Below are positions 10,757-18,799 of a stretch of DNA of 64,000 nucleotides, piece after piece; the stretch's first letter is position 1, and every line of letters starts with the position of its first letter. The notes under the pieces are model-generated. The model had not been told where the DNA came from and did no database searches. It saw nothing but the letters and a program-made list of their open reading frames with translations. Location: positions 32,001-96,000 of IMG/VR virus record IMGVR_UViG_3300032038_000028; one strand, written 5' to 3'. Made by a program: the position numbers and the translations under genes. Origin of the DNA: a virus. Its lineage: Duplodnaviria > Caudoviricetes.

Positions 10757-10957
10757 TCAGTTGAGACCTGCCAGCTTCAGGTTGTGCAGGAGGAACCTGT
10801 ACCCATCGAGCAGATCAAGGATCAGATCAACGGTGCCCGTTTGCAGGGCGACGGTGTCTTCGTTGAGCGACGTAGCGTGTTCGATCTCGTCGATCACGGT
10901 GCAGATCCCGTCGTTTTCGCCGATGACGTCGCCTACGGTTTGAAATTCGTTTCGCAT
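10757..10957 (-). CDS. Hypothetical protein (66 aa) upstream of int
   Basis: AAGGAG RBS before ATG, followed by a GC-rich hairpin at ~10722-10750. Confidence 0.55.
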   Translation of the reverse strand: MRNEFQTVGDVIGENDGICTVIDEIEHATSLNEDTVALQTGTVDLILDLLDGYRFLLHNLKLAGLN

Positions 10958-11021
10958 AGCTTCTCCTTGTGGTAATGCATTTCGGCAATTTTTGGAAATA
11001 TTGCCAATGTGTATAGAGGAA

Positions 11022-11107
11022 CCTCAGCGACGTGTGACGGGGCCTGTCGTGATACCCTTACAACTTATCCACCTGCATGGGTGAGGGGCCGTCACATTGA
11101 GCTGAGG
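11022..11107 (-). repeat. Dispersed ~80-bp repeat, copy B (inverted relative to A)
   Basis: CCTCAGCGACGTGTGACGGGGCC...ACCCTTACAACTTATCCACC...GGGGCCGTCACATTGAGCTGAGG. Confidence 0.85.
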
Positions 11108-11157
11108 CGGCTCAGAGACTACGTGAAAAACGGGCGCAGACTTTCAGGAGAAAACCC

Positions 11158-11186
11158 TTGTGAGCCTGCGCCCTGTATGTTATAAT
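11158..11186 (+). promoter_or_regulatory. Sigma-A promoter for the small toxin-like ORF
   Basis: TTGTGA-17 bp-TATAAT with a TG extension. Confidence 0.7.
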
Positions 11187-11263
11187 GCGGGTGCTGTGGC
11201 TGGTACCGAAGCCTGTGAAGCCGACAAAGCATAAAGCCATTCTTATGCAGAGGAGGTGATCGC

Positions 11264-11344
11264 ATGACTGAGTATCAACTTCTGGTGCTTGTCATCATGA
11301 TCGCGCAGTTAGCCTTTGAGGTATTAGCGTACCTGAAAGACTGA
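11264..11344 (+). CDS. Putative type I toxin / holin-like membrane peptide (26 aa, not in ORF track)
   Basis: AGGAGGTGA RBS; MTEYQLLVLVIMIAQLAFEVLAYLKD; has its own promoter and terminator. Confidence 0.7.
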   Translation: MTEYQLLVLVIMIAQLAFEVLAYLKD

Positions 11345-11446
11345 CACAGTAAGCGAACCTTCCGGGACTGCATGCGCCTGGAAGACGCCGTCTGAGGACT
11401 GATCAACCACACAGACGGCGCAGAATGCAAAATCCAGACGCAGCAG

Positions 11447-11491
11447 AACGGTATGTGTGACGTCGCGCATACCGTTTCTTTTTTTTTTTTT
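11447..11491 (+). terminator. Intrinsic terminator
   Basis: AACGGTATGTG...CGCATACCGTT hairpin followed by a T13 run. Confidence 0.75.
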
Positions 11492-11517
11492 ACAGCTGCC
11501 CGCATCACAACCGCACG

Positions 11518-12120
11518 TTACTTGCCGGTGCTGCCCAGACCGCCGTTACGGGCTTCAGTGGTCTCGTCGTCGTCGGTCGTGCCGAAGGGCAGGATCACGC
11601 CCTGACAGATGGCCTGACCGGCCCTGATCTCAACGGGCGGGTTGCCCGGGATATCAGAGCGGATGTTGACGAAGATGTCACCCTCGTTGTCGGAGAAAAT
11701 GTAGTCTCTGTCGATGAGGCCAACACAATTTCCCAGACGGCTGTACTGTTTGATGCCCAGCCCGGACTTCGGGATCATGATCAGGCAGAAGTCGGGGTGC
11801 AGCTCGCACTGAATGCCAGTCGGGAAGGTGATGCCGCGGGGGTTGACCGTCATGTTGCTCATCGCAAAGGGGATGGGGGAGAAGAAGTCATACCCGGCGG
11901 AACCGGTAGTGGCGCGGACGGGCAGCTTGATGGCGTCATAGGCTTCCTTCATGACGGCGTCGGGCAGGTTAAAGCCGCAGTCGATCATGTCGTGCCTGAA
12001 CTGCTCGAAGGACACCTTGCGGAACTTCGCCACCTTGCGGAAGGTATAGTGGCGGTCGATCTCTTCGGGGGTGACTTCGTTGGGAGTGGTGGTAGAGGCG
12101 GCCTTGGTTTTGGTAGCCAT
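11518..12120 (-). CDS. dut: Trimeric dUTPase
   Basis: Motifs SAGYD, PKSG, GLIDRDY, ICQGV and RNGGLGSTG; GAAAGGAG RBS before MATKTK. Confidence 0.95.
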   Translation of the reverse strand: MATKTKAASTTTPNEVTPEEIDRHYTFRKVAKFRKVSFEQFRHDMIDCGFNLPDAVMKEAYDAIKLPVRATTGSAGYDFFSPIPFAMSNMTVNPRGITFPTGIQCELHPDFCLIMIPKSGLGIKQYSRLGNCVGLIDRDYIFSDNEGDIFVNIRSDIPGNPPVEIRAGQAICQGVILPFGTTDDDETTEARNGGLGSTGK

Positions 12121-12142
12121 AGTGGTTTCTCCTTTCGATGGT

Positions 12143-12420
12143 TGGTGCGGCGGCACGAATCGGACGTGCCATTAAGTCCAGTAGTGTGCGGGTGCTCTTG
12201 CTGAGAACCAGACACCGCGAGCTTTACTTTTCGCATACGGAAAAGCGCTGAGAGTAAAGATTCCTGATGTCGGAAGTAAAGGCCGTGCGGAGCTTCGCAC
12301 TCCTGCAGCACGTCTGCCGGGATGTCAGTGACTATTTTAACGTGGTACGCCCCCACATGTTCCCGCATACGGACGCCGTGTATTGTCTTCCACTGCGTTT
12401 ATCTTTCGCCAACGGCCGCA
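12143..12420 (-). ncRNA. Candidate tRNA-ended, tmRNA-like structured RNA (~278 nt)
   Basis: 5' UGCGGC pairs with 3' GCCGCA-CCA. Has a Leu-like D arm, a T arm GGCACG-UCCGAUU-CGUGCC and long-range helices CAGUGG/CUACUG and UGCGGG/CCCGCA. Confidence 0.5.
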
Positions 12421-12424
12421 TAAG

Positions 12425-13036
12425 TTAAAAAGTTGAAGCATCAACTGAACGATCAACATAGTACTCGTATTTTCGGCAACTTCTCTTCGGCGTATCTATA
12501 TGTGCGAATCCATAAAAAGTCAGCGGTTGCTTAACCAAGGCGCGTTCCAAGGCTTTGTCAATCTGTATTCGTAGCGGAAAGGTGAACGTACATGTATCAT
12601 CGTCCTTCCCTTCGCATCGTACAAAAACATACACCGGCATCGTGCAACTGATTTCTATGAGTGCGACATATAACCCCTGATCATCAAAAACGAAATCGTC
12701 GTCAGCGAATATAATGTCACCAGCATTAGGCTGAGGGCATAAGACTCTTCGATCGCCATTATCATCTTCATCAGTCAACTTATCAACAGTTGGCAAAACA
12801 CAGTATGCTATGATTTCGTCATCAGGAATTGATCGATACATGCCAAAGGAACTCTGAATTAAGAATACATCGGCGCTCTCGCTCCATAAAGCAATAACAT
12901 ATACTTTATCATCTATGAACGCGTAGTCGGTATATTCTTCGTCAAATTCTTTGAGGCACGTCTGTGTTTGCACAACACATACGCAGTCGCCCCCTGACGG
13001 TCTGCCTAGATGCTGCCAATATATTGGATCGTACAT
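12425..13036 (-). CDS. Hypothetical protein, low-GC (moron-like)
   Basis: GAGGAG RBS; visibly more AT-rich than its neighbours; 203 aa. Confidence 0.7.
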   Translation of the reverse strand: MYDPIYWQHLGRPSGGDCVCVVQTQTCLKEFDEEYTDYAFIDDKVYVIALWSESADVFLIQSSFGMYRSIPDDEIIAYCVLPTVDKLTDEDDNGDRRVLCPQPNAGDIIFADDDFVFDDQGLYVALIEISCTMPVYVFVRCEGKDDDTCTFTFPLRIQIDKALERALVKQPLTFYGFAHIDTPKRSCRKYEYYVDRSVDASTF

Positions 13037-13089
13037 ATTGATCTCCTCTGGTGTGTTATTACACAGTAAACCGCGTTTACTGTGGAAAA

Positions 13090-13368
13090 TCAGAACGTGA
13101 TCTGCTCGGTGCTGGGCGTCCCGTACATGCGGAAGTTGTCCAGCGCGGGTGGGAATTCACCGTCATTGGTGGTGTTCAGCAGGAACAGCTCGGTCGGATG
13201 CTCGGTGGCCATGTAGAGCAGGCCGAGCATGGAGCGGGCGTTGACCCGGTGCGTGCCGTCTTTGCTTTCGACGACGTAGTTGCTGTCTTCGCCGGCCATC
13301 AGCTTGAGGAAATCGAGAATGGCTGGCTGGGTGTCAAGGGCGATATGTGCCCGGATGTAAGGCTTCAT
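13090..13368 (-). CDS. HPr-family phosphocarrier-like protein
   Basis: VNARSMLGLL matches the HPr Ser46 motif (VNAKSIMG); there is no GLHARP His15 motif. Confidence 0.7.
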   Translation of the reverse strand: MKPYIRAHIALDTQPAILDFLKLMAGEDSNYVVESKDGTHRVNARSMLGLLYMATEHPTELFLLNTTNDGEFPPALDNFRMYGTPSTEQITF

Positions 13369-13918
13369 AGGCTTCCCTTCTTTCTTTGACGTGCTTTTCA
13401 GCGTCTGCGATGATTTTGTCGGGGTCGTAGGGGATGTTGGGGTCAGGCCACGGCTCCCTGTACTCTTCGTTGTATCGGAGGATCTTGGCCCGCAGCGTGT
13501 CCAGCTGCTCGGAGATGTCGATGCCGGAATATTCCCGGGCGGAAATCAGCCCGTAGACCAGCGGCCATCCCCACAGGGTTTCGTGCTCGCTGGTCAGGAA
13601 GAGCCCGACATACTTGTTGTCCCACACCGGCTCGGTGCCGTCGTAGTGCAGGAAGATCATGTCGTCCTTGAACAGATGGTTGTGGTGCGGGAGACGGCAG
13701 GGCCGGTAGATCAGGTTGGTTACCCGGCTGGTGTCGACGTAGCGTGTGTTCCAGTAAGTGAGCTCGACGTACCACGGCGGGAGATCTTCGGGCCGGATCT
13801 TCGTGGGGTAGATCCCGTTCGACAGGAGAAACTCCGGTGGCTCGAAGCACTGCTCCATCTTGCCGTGGGTGTAGTAGTGGGCCTTAAAGCGGCGGTTGAC
13901 CTTCTCGATGTCGTTCAC
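13334..13918 (-). CDS. Hypothetical protein
   Basis: Coupled to neighbours; GGAGG RBS; 194 aa. Confidence 0.65.
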   Translation of the reverse strand: MNDIEKVNRRFKAHYYTHGKMEQCFEPPEFLLSNGIYPTKIRPEDLPPWYVELTYWNTRYVDTSRVTNLIYRPCRLPHHNHLFKDDMIFLHYDGTEPVWDNKYVGLFLTSEHETLWGWPLVYGLISAREYSGIDISEQLDTLRAKILRYNEEYREPWPDPNIPYDPDKIIADAEKHVKERREAYEALHPGTYRP

Positions 13919-14436
13919 AGGATCCCCTCCTTTACTCTGTCCATAATGTCCTCGGCCATGACGTCACTGAAACAGGTGATGGTGACGCTACTCATACCGT
14001 AGTAGATGGCAACGACTTCGCGCCAGCAGGCGGACTCGACGATGGTAGCGACGATCTGCCCGCCGCCAGGTACGGTGTCGATCATGACGGAGTCGCCGTG
14101 GAGATAGACTTCCATGACGGCCTCCTGAAAGATTTTGACGTAGCGCTCCTCGACCTGATCGTGCAGGATCCTGCTGCGCCTGCCGAGATGCTTCTCGCCG
14201 TAGCGGTCGATATATGGGGTCAGGCCCAGCGTGTCCAGATCTTTTGACAGCTGACCCTGATTGCACCCCAGCCCGCGCTCGGCCAGCCATTCTGTCAGGG
14301 CGACCTGACCGGTGTAGACTTCCTTGCGGGCGAATTCGAGGATGGCCTTCAGGCGCTTGCGGCGCAACTCTTTGAAATACTCAACGCCCTGGTTATTGAT
14401 GATGGCGACCTGTTTGGCGCCCTGTTCGGATGGCAT
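13915..14436 (-). CDS. argR: Arginine-repressor (ArgR/AhrC)-like protein
   Basis: Winged HTH (TGQVALTEWLAERGLGCNQGQLSKDLDTLGL, compare TQ.EL...L...G..VTQATVSRD..EL) and C-terminal domain (IDTVPGGGQIVATIVE, compare KTLPG.A..IA..ID). Confidence 0.8.
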   Translation of the reverse strand: MPSEQGAKQVAIINNQGVEYFKELRRKRLKAILEFARKEVYTGQVALTEWLAERGLGCNQGQLSKDLDTLGLTPYIDRYGEKHLGRRSRILHDQVEERYVKIFQEAVMEVYLHGDSVMIDTVPGGGQIVATIVESACWREVVAIYYGMSSVTITCFSDVMAEDIMDRVKEGIL

Positions 14437-14508
14437 AGTAGCTTCCTTTCTGCTTTTTTCACCAGTAAATGTGGTCGGATAAGAGTTGGTGGAGCAAATC
14501 ATGGTATT

Positions 14509-15183
14509 TCATGACGCCACCTGCTCTTCCTGCTTGTGGTGTCTGTAGTGCTTTTGTACCGGCGCAGTGAAGGCGCGCTCGACGTCCCAATGATACCGAA
14601 ATATGCGCTGCCACAGTGTCACCACTTTGATTCCAAACGTCGCGGCCCAGTCGGACAAACATCGCGTAACGCCATGATAGGTGATCTTGATGTTATTGCG
14701 TCTATTACGCTGCTGCTCGGCCATGGTAATCCATCGGCAGTTGACAGGGTTATATCCTTCGTTGACGTCGATGCGGTCAAGGGTCAGATTCTCCTGATAC
14801 CCGGTGCGCTCCGCCCACTGCATGAAGTTCGCAAAATCATGCCACTCCTCGCAGACGGAGACCCCGCGCCCGCCGTAGTTGTCGTAATTCGTGCTGTGCG
14901 GGTTTTCGCATCTTGTGTGCATATTTGTCCAGATGCTATATAAGCGTGAGTAGCACTGGCCGTGTATTGTGTGAGCTGCCCTCACCCGTTCCTTCTGCAG
15001 GCATCCGCAGGATGTTGTGCGCCCTCTGCGCAGATCGGAGCCCCGAACATCCTTCTCGTTGCCGCAGTCACACAGACAGCGCCATCTGGCAGTACCATGC
15101 TTATCACACGCAGGATCAGCACGCCCGACTACCACCAACCTGCCGAAGCGCTGGCCTGTCAGATCAATAAAGGCACGCATCAA
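14509..15183 (-). CDS. HNH-type homing endonuclease
   Basis: DLTGQRFGRL, WRCLCDCG, SCGC, YGGRG and TLDRIDVNEGYNPVNCRW motifs. Confidence 0.85.
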   Translation of the reverse strand: MMRAFIDLTGQRFGRLVVVGRADPACDKHGTARWRCLCDCGNEKDVRGSDLRRGRTTSCGCLQKERVRAAHTIHGQCYSRLYSIWTNMHTRCENPHSTNYDNYGGRGVSVCEEWHDFANFMQWAERTGYQENLTLDRIDVNEGYNPVNCRWITMAEQQRNRRNNIKITYHGVTRCLSDWAATFGIKVVTLWQRIFRYHWDVERAFTAPVQKHYRHHKQEEQVAS

Positions 15184-15662
15184 ATCACCTCTCCATACTG
15201 GTTATCAGACGCCAGATCCACGCCGAGCACTTCGTCAAAGTGCGGCTGCTGTCCGGGGACATACCGGCCGTATTTCATCACGATCTGTACGCCGCTGATA
15301 CCCTTCAGCTCGTCGAAGAAGCCGAGCCTCTGCACTTCGCACTTGGTGTAGCCGGTATAGATCACGAAGGTGGTCTGAACGCCGCGCTCGACGGCACGGC
15401 GGATCAGACGGCACACTTCATGGATCTGAAGCAGAGGCTCCAGACCTGCGATCACGATGGCTTTGGTGATGGGGTCGGTCAGATAGGCGTCAAGAATCTC
15501 GTCGTCCGGGATCTCGGTAACCGGCAGCCTGGCGACCGGGTGGTTCTGGCAGACATACGGGTTGTCCGGGCAGCACTTCCAGTCGCAGAAGCAGGCGGCG
15601 AGATACAGGGACGGTTCTTTGTAGTCTTGAAAACGCTCTGTCAGCATCTTTCTGACTCTCAT
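15180..15662 (-). CDS. nrdG: Anaerobic ribonucleotide reductase activating protein (radical SAM)
   Basis: CxxxCxxC-like CFCDWKCC motif, GLEP, YTGY and ASDNQ; adjacent to nrdD. Confidence 0.85.
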   Translation of the reverse strand: MRVRKMLTERFQDYKEPSLYLAACFCDWKCCPDNPYVCQNHPVARLPVTEIPDDEILDAYLTDPITKAIVIAGLEPLLQIHEVCRLIRRAVERGVQTTFVIYTGYTKCEVQRLGFFDELKGISGVQIVMKYGRYVPGQQPHFDEVLGVDLASDNQYGEVI

Positions 15663-15667
15663 AGGCT

Positions 15668-17428
15668 TTACTCCGTCAGCTGGTTGCGGTCTTTGAATTC
15701 GTTGGCTTTGCCGCGGTTGAAGTTGTCGACATCCCGCAGGTAACCCGTAATGCGCTGGAATTTATGCAGGCGTTGTTTGCAGATGGGGCATTTATCTACG
15801 CGCTCCATCACATAGCCGTGCTCCGGGCAGTACCGGGAGATGGGGGAAATGCTCATGTAAGGGACGTTGTAGGTCTCGAACATGGCTTTGACGATTTCCT
15901 TTGCATGCTCGCCGGGAATGGCACCATCCATGTAACAGTGGATAACCGTACCGCCGGTAAAGAGCGTCTGAAGATCATTCTGATGGGCGAATGTGGAGTT
16001 GATATCCTTGACGTCGCCTACCCACAGGTGGCAGGAGTTGGTGTAGTAGACATCCTTGCCGCCGGGGCCCTGCGTGATGATGTCCGGGTAATCCTTCTTG
16101 TCGATCAGGGCAAGGCGGTGCGAGGTGGCCTCTGCGGGGGTAGCTTCCAGGTTCCACAGGTTTCCGGTTTCTTCCTGATACTGAACCAGCCTGTCGCGCA
16201 TGTGATTGAGCACGTCCCGCATCAAGGCATGGCCTTCTTCGCTGCGGATGTCCTTGCCGAGCAGGTTCAAGCACATCTCGTTACCGCCCACCAGACCGAT
16301 GGTGCTGAAGTGATTGCGCAGGGTACCGACATACTCGATAAAGGCAGGTATCAGCTTGGCGTCGATGACGTTTTCCTGCAGCCATTTGCGCTTGATTTCC
16401 AGACTGTCTCTGGCGATGTCCATGTATTTATCCAGAGACTCCCAGAACTTCGCTTGATCGCCGTGGGCTTCGTAGGCCATGCGCGGCAGATTCAGGGTAA
16501 CCACGCCGATGGAGCCGGTGCTGTCTCCGGAGCCGAACAGACCGCCGTTTCTGCGGCGGAGCTCACGCAGGTCAAGCCTGAGCCGGCAGCACATACTCCT
16601 GGCGTCGGACGGATCCATATCTGAGTTGATGAAGTTGGCAAAATAGGGCGTGCCGTACTTCCCGGCCATCTCCCAGAGCAGCTTGTTGTTGGGATTATCC
16701 CAGTCGAAGCGCTTGTGGATGTTGTAGGTGGGGATCGGGTAGGCAAACAGCTTGCCTTCTGCGTCGCCGTTCAGCATGATCTCAAAGAAAACCCGGTTGA
16801 GCAGATCCATTTCCTGCTGGCAGTCCCCGTAGGTGAAGCTGACCAGATCACCGCCGACGATGGCGTAGTCGTCAATCATGTCGGCAGGAGGCGTCAAGTC
16901 GAACGTCAGGTTGAAGAAGGCCGGCTCAGCCCCGCCGCGGCTGTTGCTGTTGACGGAGAAGATGAAGTTCTGCATCGACTGCTTGACTTCGTTGTAGCTG
17001 AGCTTGTCCGCCTTGATGAACGGAGCAAGCAGGGTGTCGAAGCTGTTAAAAGCAACGGCTCCCATGATCTCGTTCTGAAACACGGTGACCAGATTCGCGC
17101 ACTGGTTGAGCACGGAATCAAAGTGCTTGGCCGGGGCGGATACGGGGATGTTGGACACGCCACGGACGCCTTTATAGAGGATGTCCTTCAGGGAGTACCC
17201 GCAGCAGTACAGCGTCAGCCCGCCCAGATCGTGGATATGAATATGGCCATCGACGTAGGCCTGAGAGATGTACTCCGGGTACACCTCCCGGAGCCAGTAG
17301 TCCTTGCTGACCTCGGCGGTCATGTATTTGTTGAGCGCTCCGAAGGAAAACGGGCTGTTGGAATTCTCCTTGGTGCGCCAGTCGGACTTCTTCAGGTACG
17401 CTTCGACGATGGCCTTGGAATTCTTCAT
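15668..17428 (-). CDS. nrdD: Class III anaerobic ribonucleoside-triphosphate reductase
   Basis: HIHDL, SMCCRL, EATPAE, YYTNS, a C-terminal Zn ribbon and the glycyl-radical motif RITGY. Confidence 0.95.
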   Translation of the reverse strand: MKNSKAIVEAYLKKSDWRTKENSNSPFSFGALNKYMTAEVSKDYWLREVYPEYISQAYVDGHIHIHDLGGLTLYCCGYSLKDILYKGVRGVSNIPVSAPAKHFDSVLNQCANLVTVFQNEIMGAVAFNSFDTLLAPFIKADKLSYNEVKQSMQNFIFSVNSNSRGGAEPAFFNLTFDLTPPADMIDDYAIVGGDLVSFTYGDCQQEMDLLNRVFFEIMLNGDAEGKLFAYPIPTYNIHKRFDWDNPNNKLLWEMAGKYGTPYFANFINSDMDPSDARSMCCRLRLDLRELRRRNGGLFGSGDSTGSIGVVTLNLPRMAYEAHGDQAKFWESLDKYMDIARDSLEIKRKWLQENVIDAKLIPAFIEYVGTLRNHFSTIGLVGGNEMCLNLLGKDIRSEEGHALMRDVLNHMRDRLVQYQEETGNLWNLEATPAEATSHRLALIDKKDYPDIITQGPGGKDVYYTNSCHLWVGDVKDINSTFAHQNDLQTLFTGGTVIHCYMDGAIPGEHAKEIVKAMFETYNVPYMSISPISRYCPEHGYVMERVDKCPICKQRLHKFQRITGYLRDVDNFNRGKANEFKDRNQLTE

Positions 17429-17434
17429 AGTCGG

Positions 17435-17647
17435 TCACTCCTTTTTATATTTAGCCAGCCAGGCGAGGGCGGCAGTCTCATAGAGGATTTCTCCGTCGAC
17501 CTCGATGGCCGGAACACTGTCAAGATTTCGGGCGACGATCTGATCTACGTCGCTGATTTTTGTGTATTCAATGCCGCGCTTCTTCAGCATCTCGCTGAGG
17601 AAAGCACAGCGGTGGCATCCATCCACCCCGTACAGGATTACTTTCAT
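17435..17647 (-). CDS. Glutaredoxin / NrdH-like protein
   Basis: CHRC redox motif and SVPAIEVDG; next to nrdD. Confidence 0.8.
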   Translation of the reverse strand: MKVILYGVDGCHRCAFLSEMLKKRGIEYTKISDVDQIVARNLDSVPAIEVDGEILYETAALAWLAKYKKE

Positions 17648-18141
17648 CGGTCCTCTCCCATCCTTTTTCCAAATTCTACGATGCGCGGGTCGTTGCGGTT
17701 GTCGGAGAGACGCTCCTCGTCCGTGCCGTAAACAACCGGCTTCTGACGCTTGGCATCTTCCGCCATCCGGTCAAGCACTTCGCTGACAAAATGGATGGCG
17801 CCGGCGATGTCCCACCGGGTGATCATTACGACGGCAGCAGCCAGAGGAGGATCCAGCTCCTTGTCCCGGGCAAAGGCCACCGGGTCGATCTGCGGGGTAT
17901 AATCCGCCCACTCCGTCTCCCGGGGGTAGGTGGTGTTGGTAACGAGCTTCTTCAGGTATTCGAGCGCCTTGCGCAGATCCTGTTCGAGCGCGTCCTTGTG
18001 CCCGGCCCGGACGAGATACTTGACGGCGTTGCCCCGCAGGAAATCCAACCGCCAGTCGGAGATGAAGTCCCAGGTTTCAATGGTTCCTCTCGTGTAGTAC
18101 ACGGGATGGGAGACCGCCTGCTCAATCTGCTGTGTCGTCAT
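17644..18141 (-). CDS. DUF3310-like protein
   Basis: VSHPVYY..G.IET.D, GNAVKYL.RAG.K...DL.KA..YL. Confidence 0.75.
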   Translation of the reverse strand: MTTQQIEQAVSHPVYYTRGTIETWDFISDWRLDFLRGNAVKYLVRAGHKDALEQDLRKALEYLKKLVTNTTYPRETEWADYTPQIDPVAFARDKELDPPLAAAVVMITRWDIAGAIHFVSEVLDRMAEDAKRQKPVVYGTDEERLSDNRNDPRIVEFGKRMGEDR

Positions 18142-18799
18142 TCTGATAAACCTCGCTTAAATGTTTATGCCGTCCGCACCCCTGCCGCTCCGGGCAGAAG
18201 GGATAGTCGGCGTTGATTTCACACTTGGGGACAAGGTACGGCCCGATCAACGGTACCTCTGCTTCGGCGGCAGCTGCCATCTCCCCGGCAAGCTCGCGGA
18301 TTTCCCACTGGGCTCTGGTACATAGCCGCTCATGGCAGAAGTGCATCAGCTCCCGGGCGTTCATGGTAACCGTCAGCTCCGTCTCGCAGGCGTTGGGCAG
18401 GACGAAGCGGGCGTCTTCCGGCGGCATGCCGTAGTCGAGCAGGCGGCCGTAAGCGTTGCGGATGTAATCGATCACGTTGTTGTACAGCTGCCGGGCCGCA
18501 TCGTTGTGAGCGATGGAGGGAGGGGTAACCACGCCGAAATTATTCTCTTTGCAGTAGCGCTGAGAGCGTACGGAAAAGCTCATCAGGCGGTGTCTGGTCA
18601 GCTGGGCCAGCAGGGCACGGCTGACGCCTTCGATACGGAAGGTAAAATTCATGTGCTCCCAGACCGACAGGTGGCCGGTGCGGGCACAGGCTTTGAGGAT
18701 CCGCCCGTCTTCGGACGGCTGGCTGTCATAACAGGTGGACGCCGCCTGCTCACAGGTAGCGACCGGGTCGCTCGTGACAGCGATCAGTTCAACATACAT
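18122..18799 (-). CDS. thyX: Flavin-dependent thymidylate synthase
   Basis: GHLSVWEH, RHRLMSFSVRSQRY (RHRx7S motif), ARFVLPN, AQWEIR. Confidence 0.95.
   Translation of the reverse strand: MYVELIAVTSDPVATCEQAASTCYDSQPSEDGRILKACARTGHLSVWEHMNFTFRIEGVSRALLAQLTRHRLMSFSVRSQRYCKENNFGVVTPPSIAHNDAARQLYNNVIDYIRNAYGRLLDYGMPPEDARFVLPNACETELTVTMNARELMHFCHERLCTRAQWEIRELAGEMAAAAEAEVPLIGPYLVPKCEINADYPFCPERQGCGRHKHLSEVYQNDDTAD

Noticed and set aside
11065-11073. DnaA box (TTATCCACC) in the repeat core
   Set aside because: One mismatch from TTATCCACA, only one per repeat, and not conserved in copies C and D.
11479-11491. T13 run as a phase-variation tract
   Set aside because: It follows a strong hairpin outside any ORF or promoter, so it is explained as a terminator tail; its length may also be a sequencing artefact.
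12295-12358. Pistol ribozyme similarity (hairpin followed by UAAAAUAG)
   Set aside because: Pseudoknot complementarity is poor, and the conserved GCG and cleavage-site GU are not in place.
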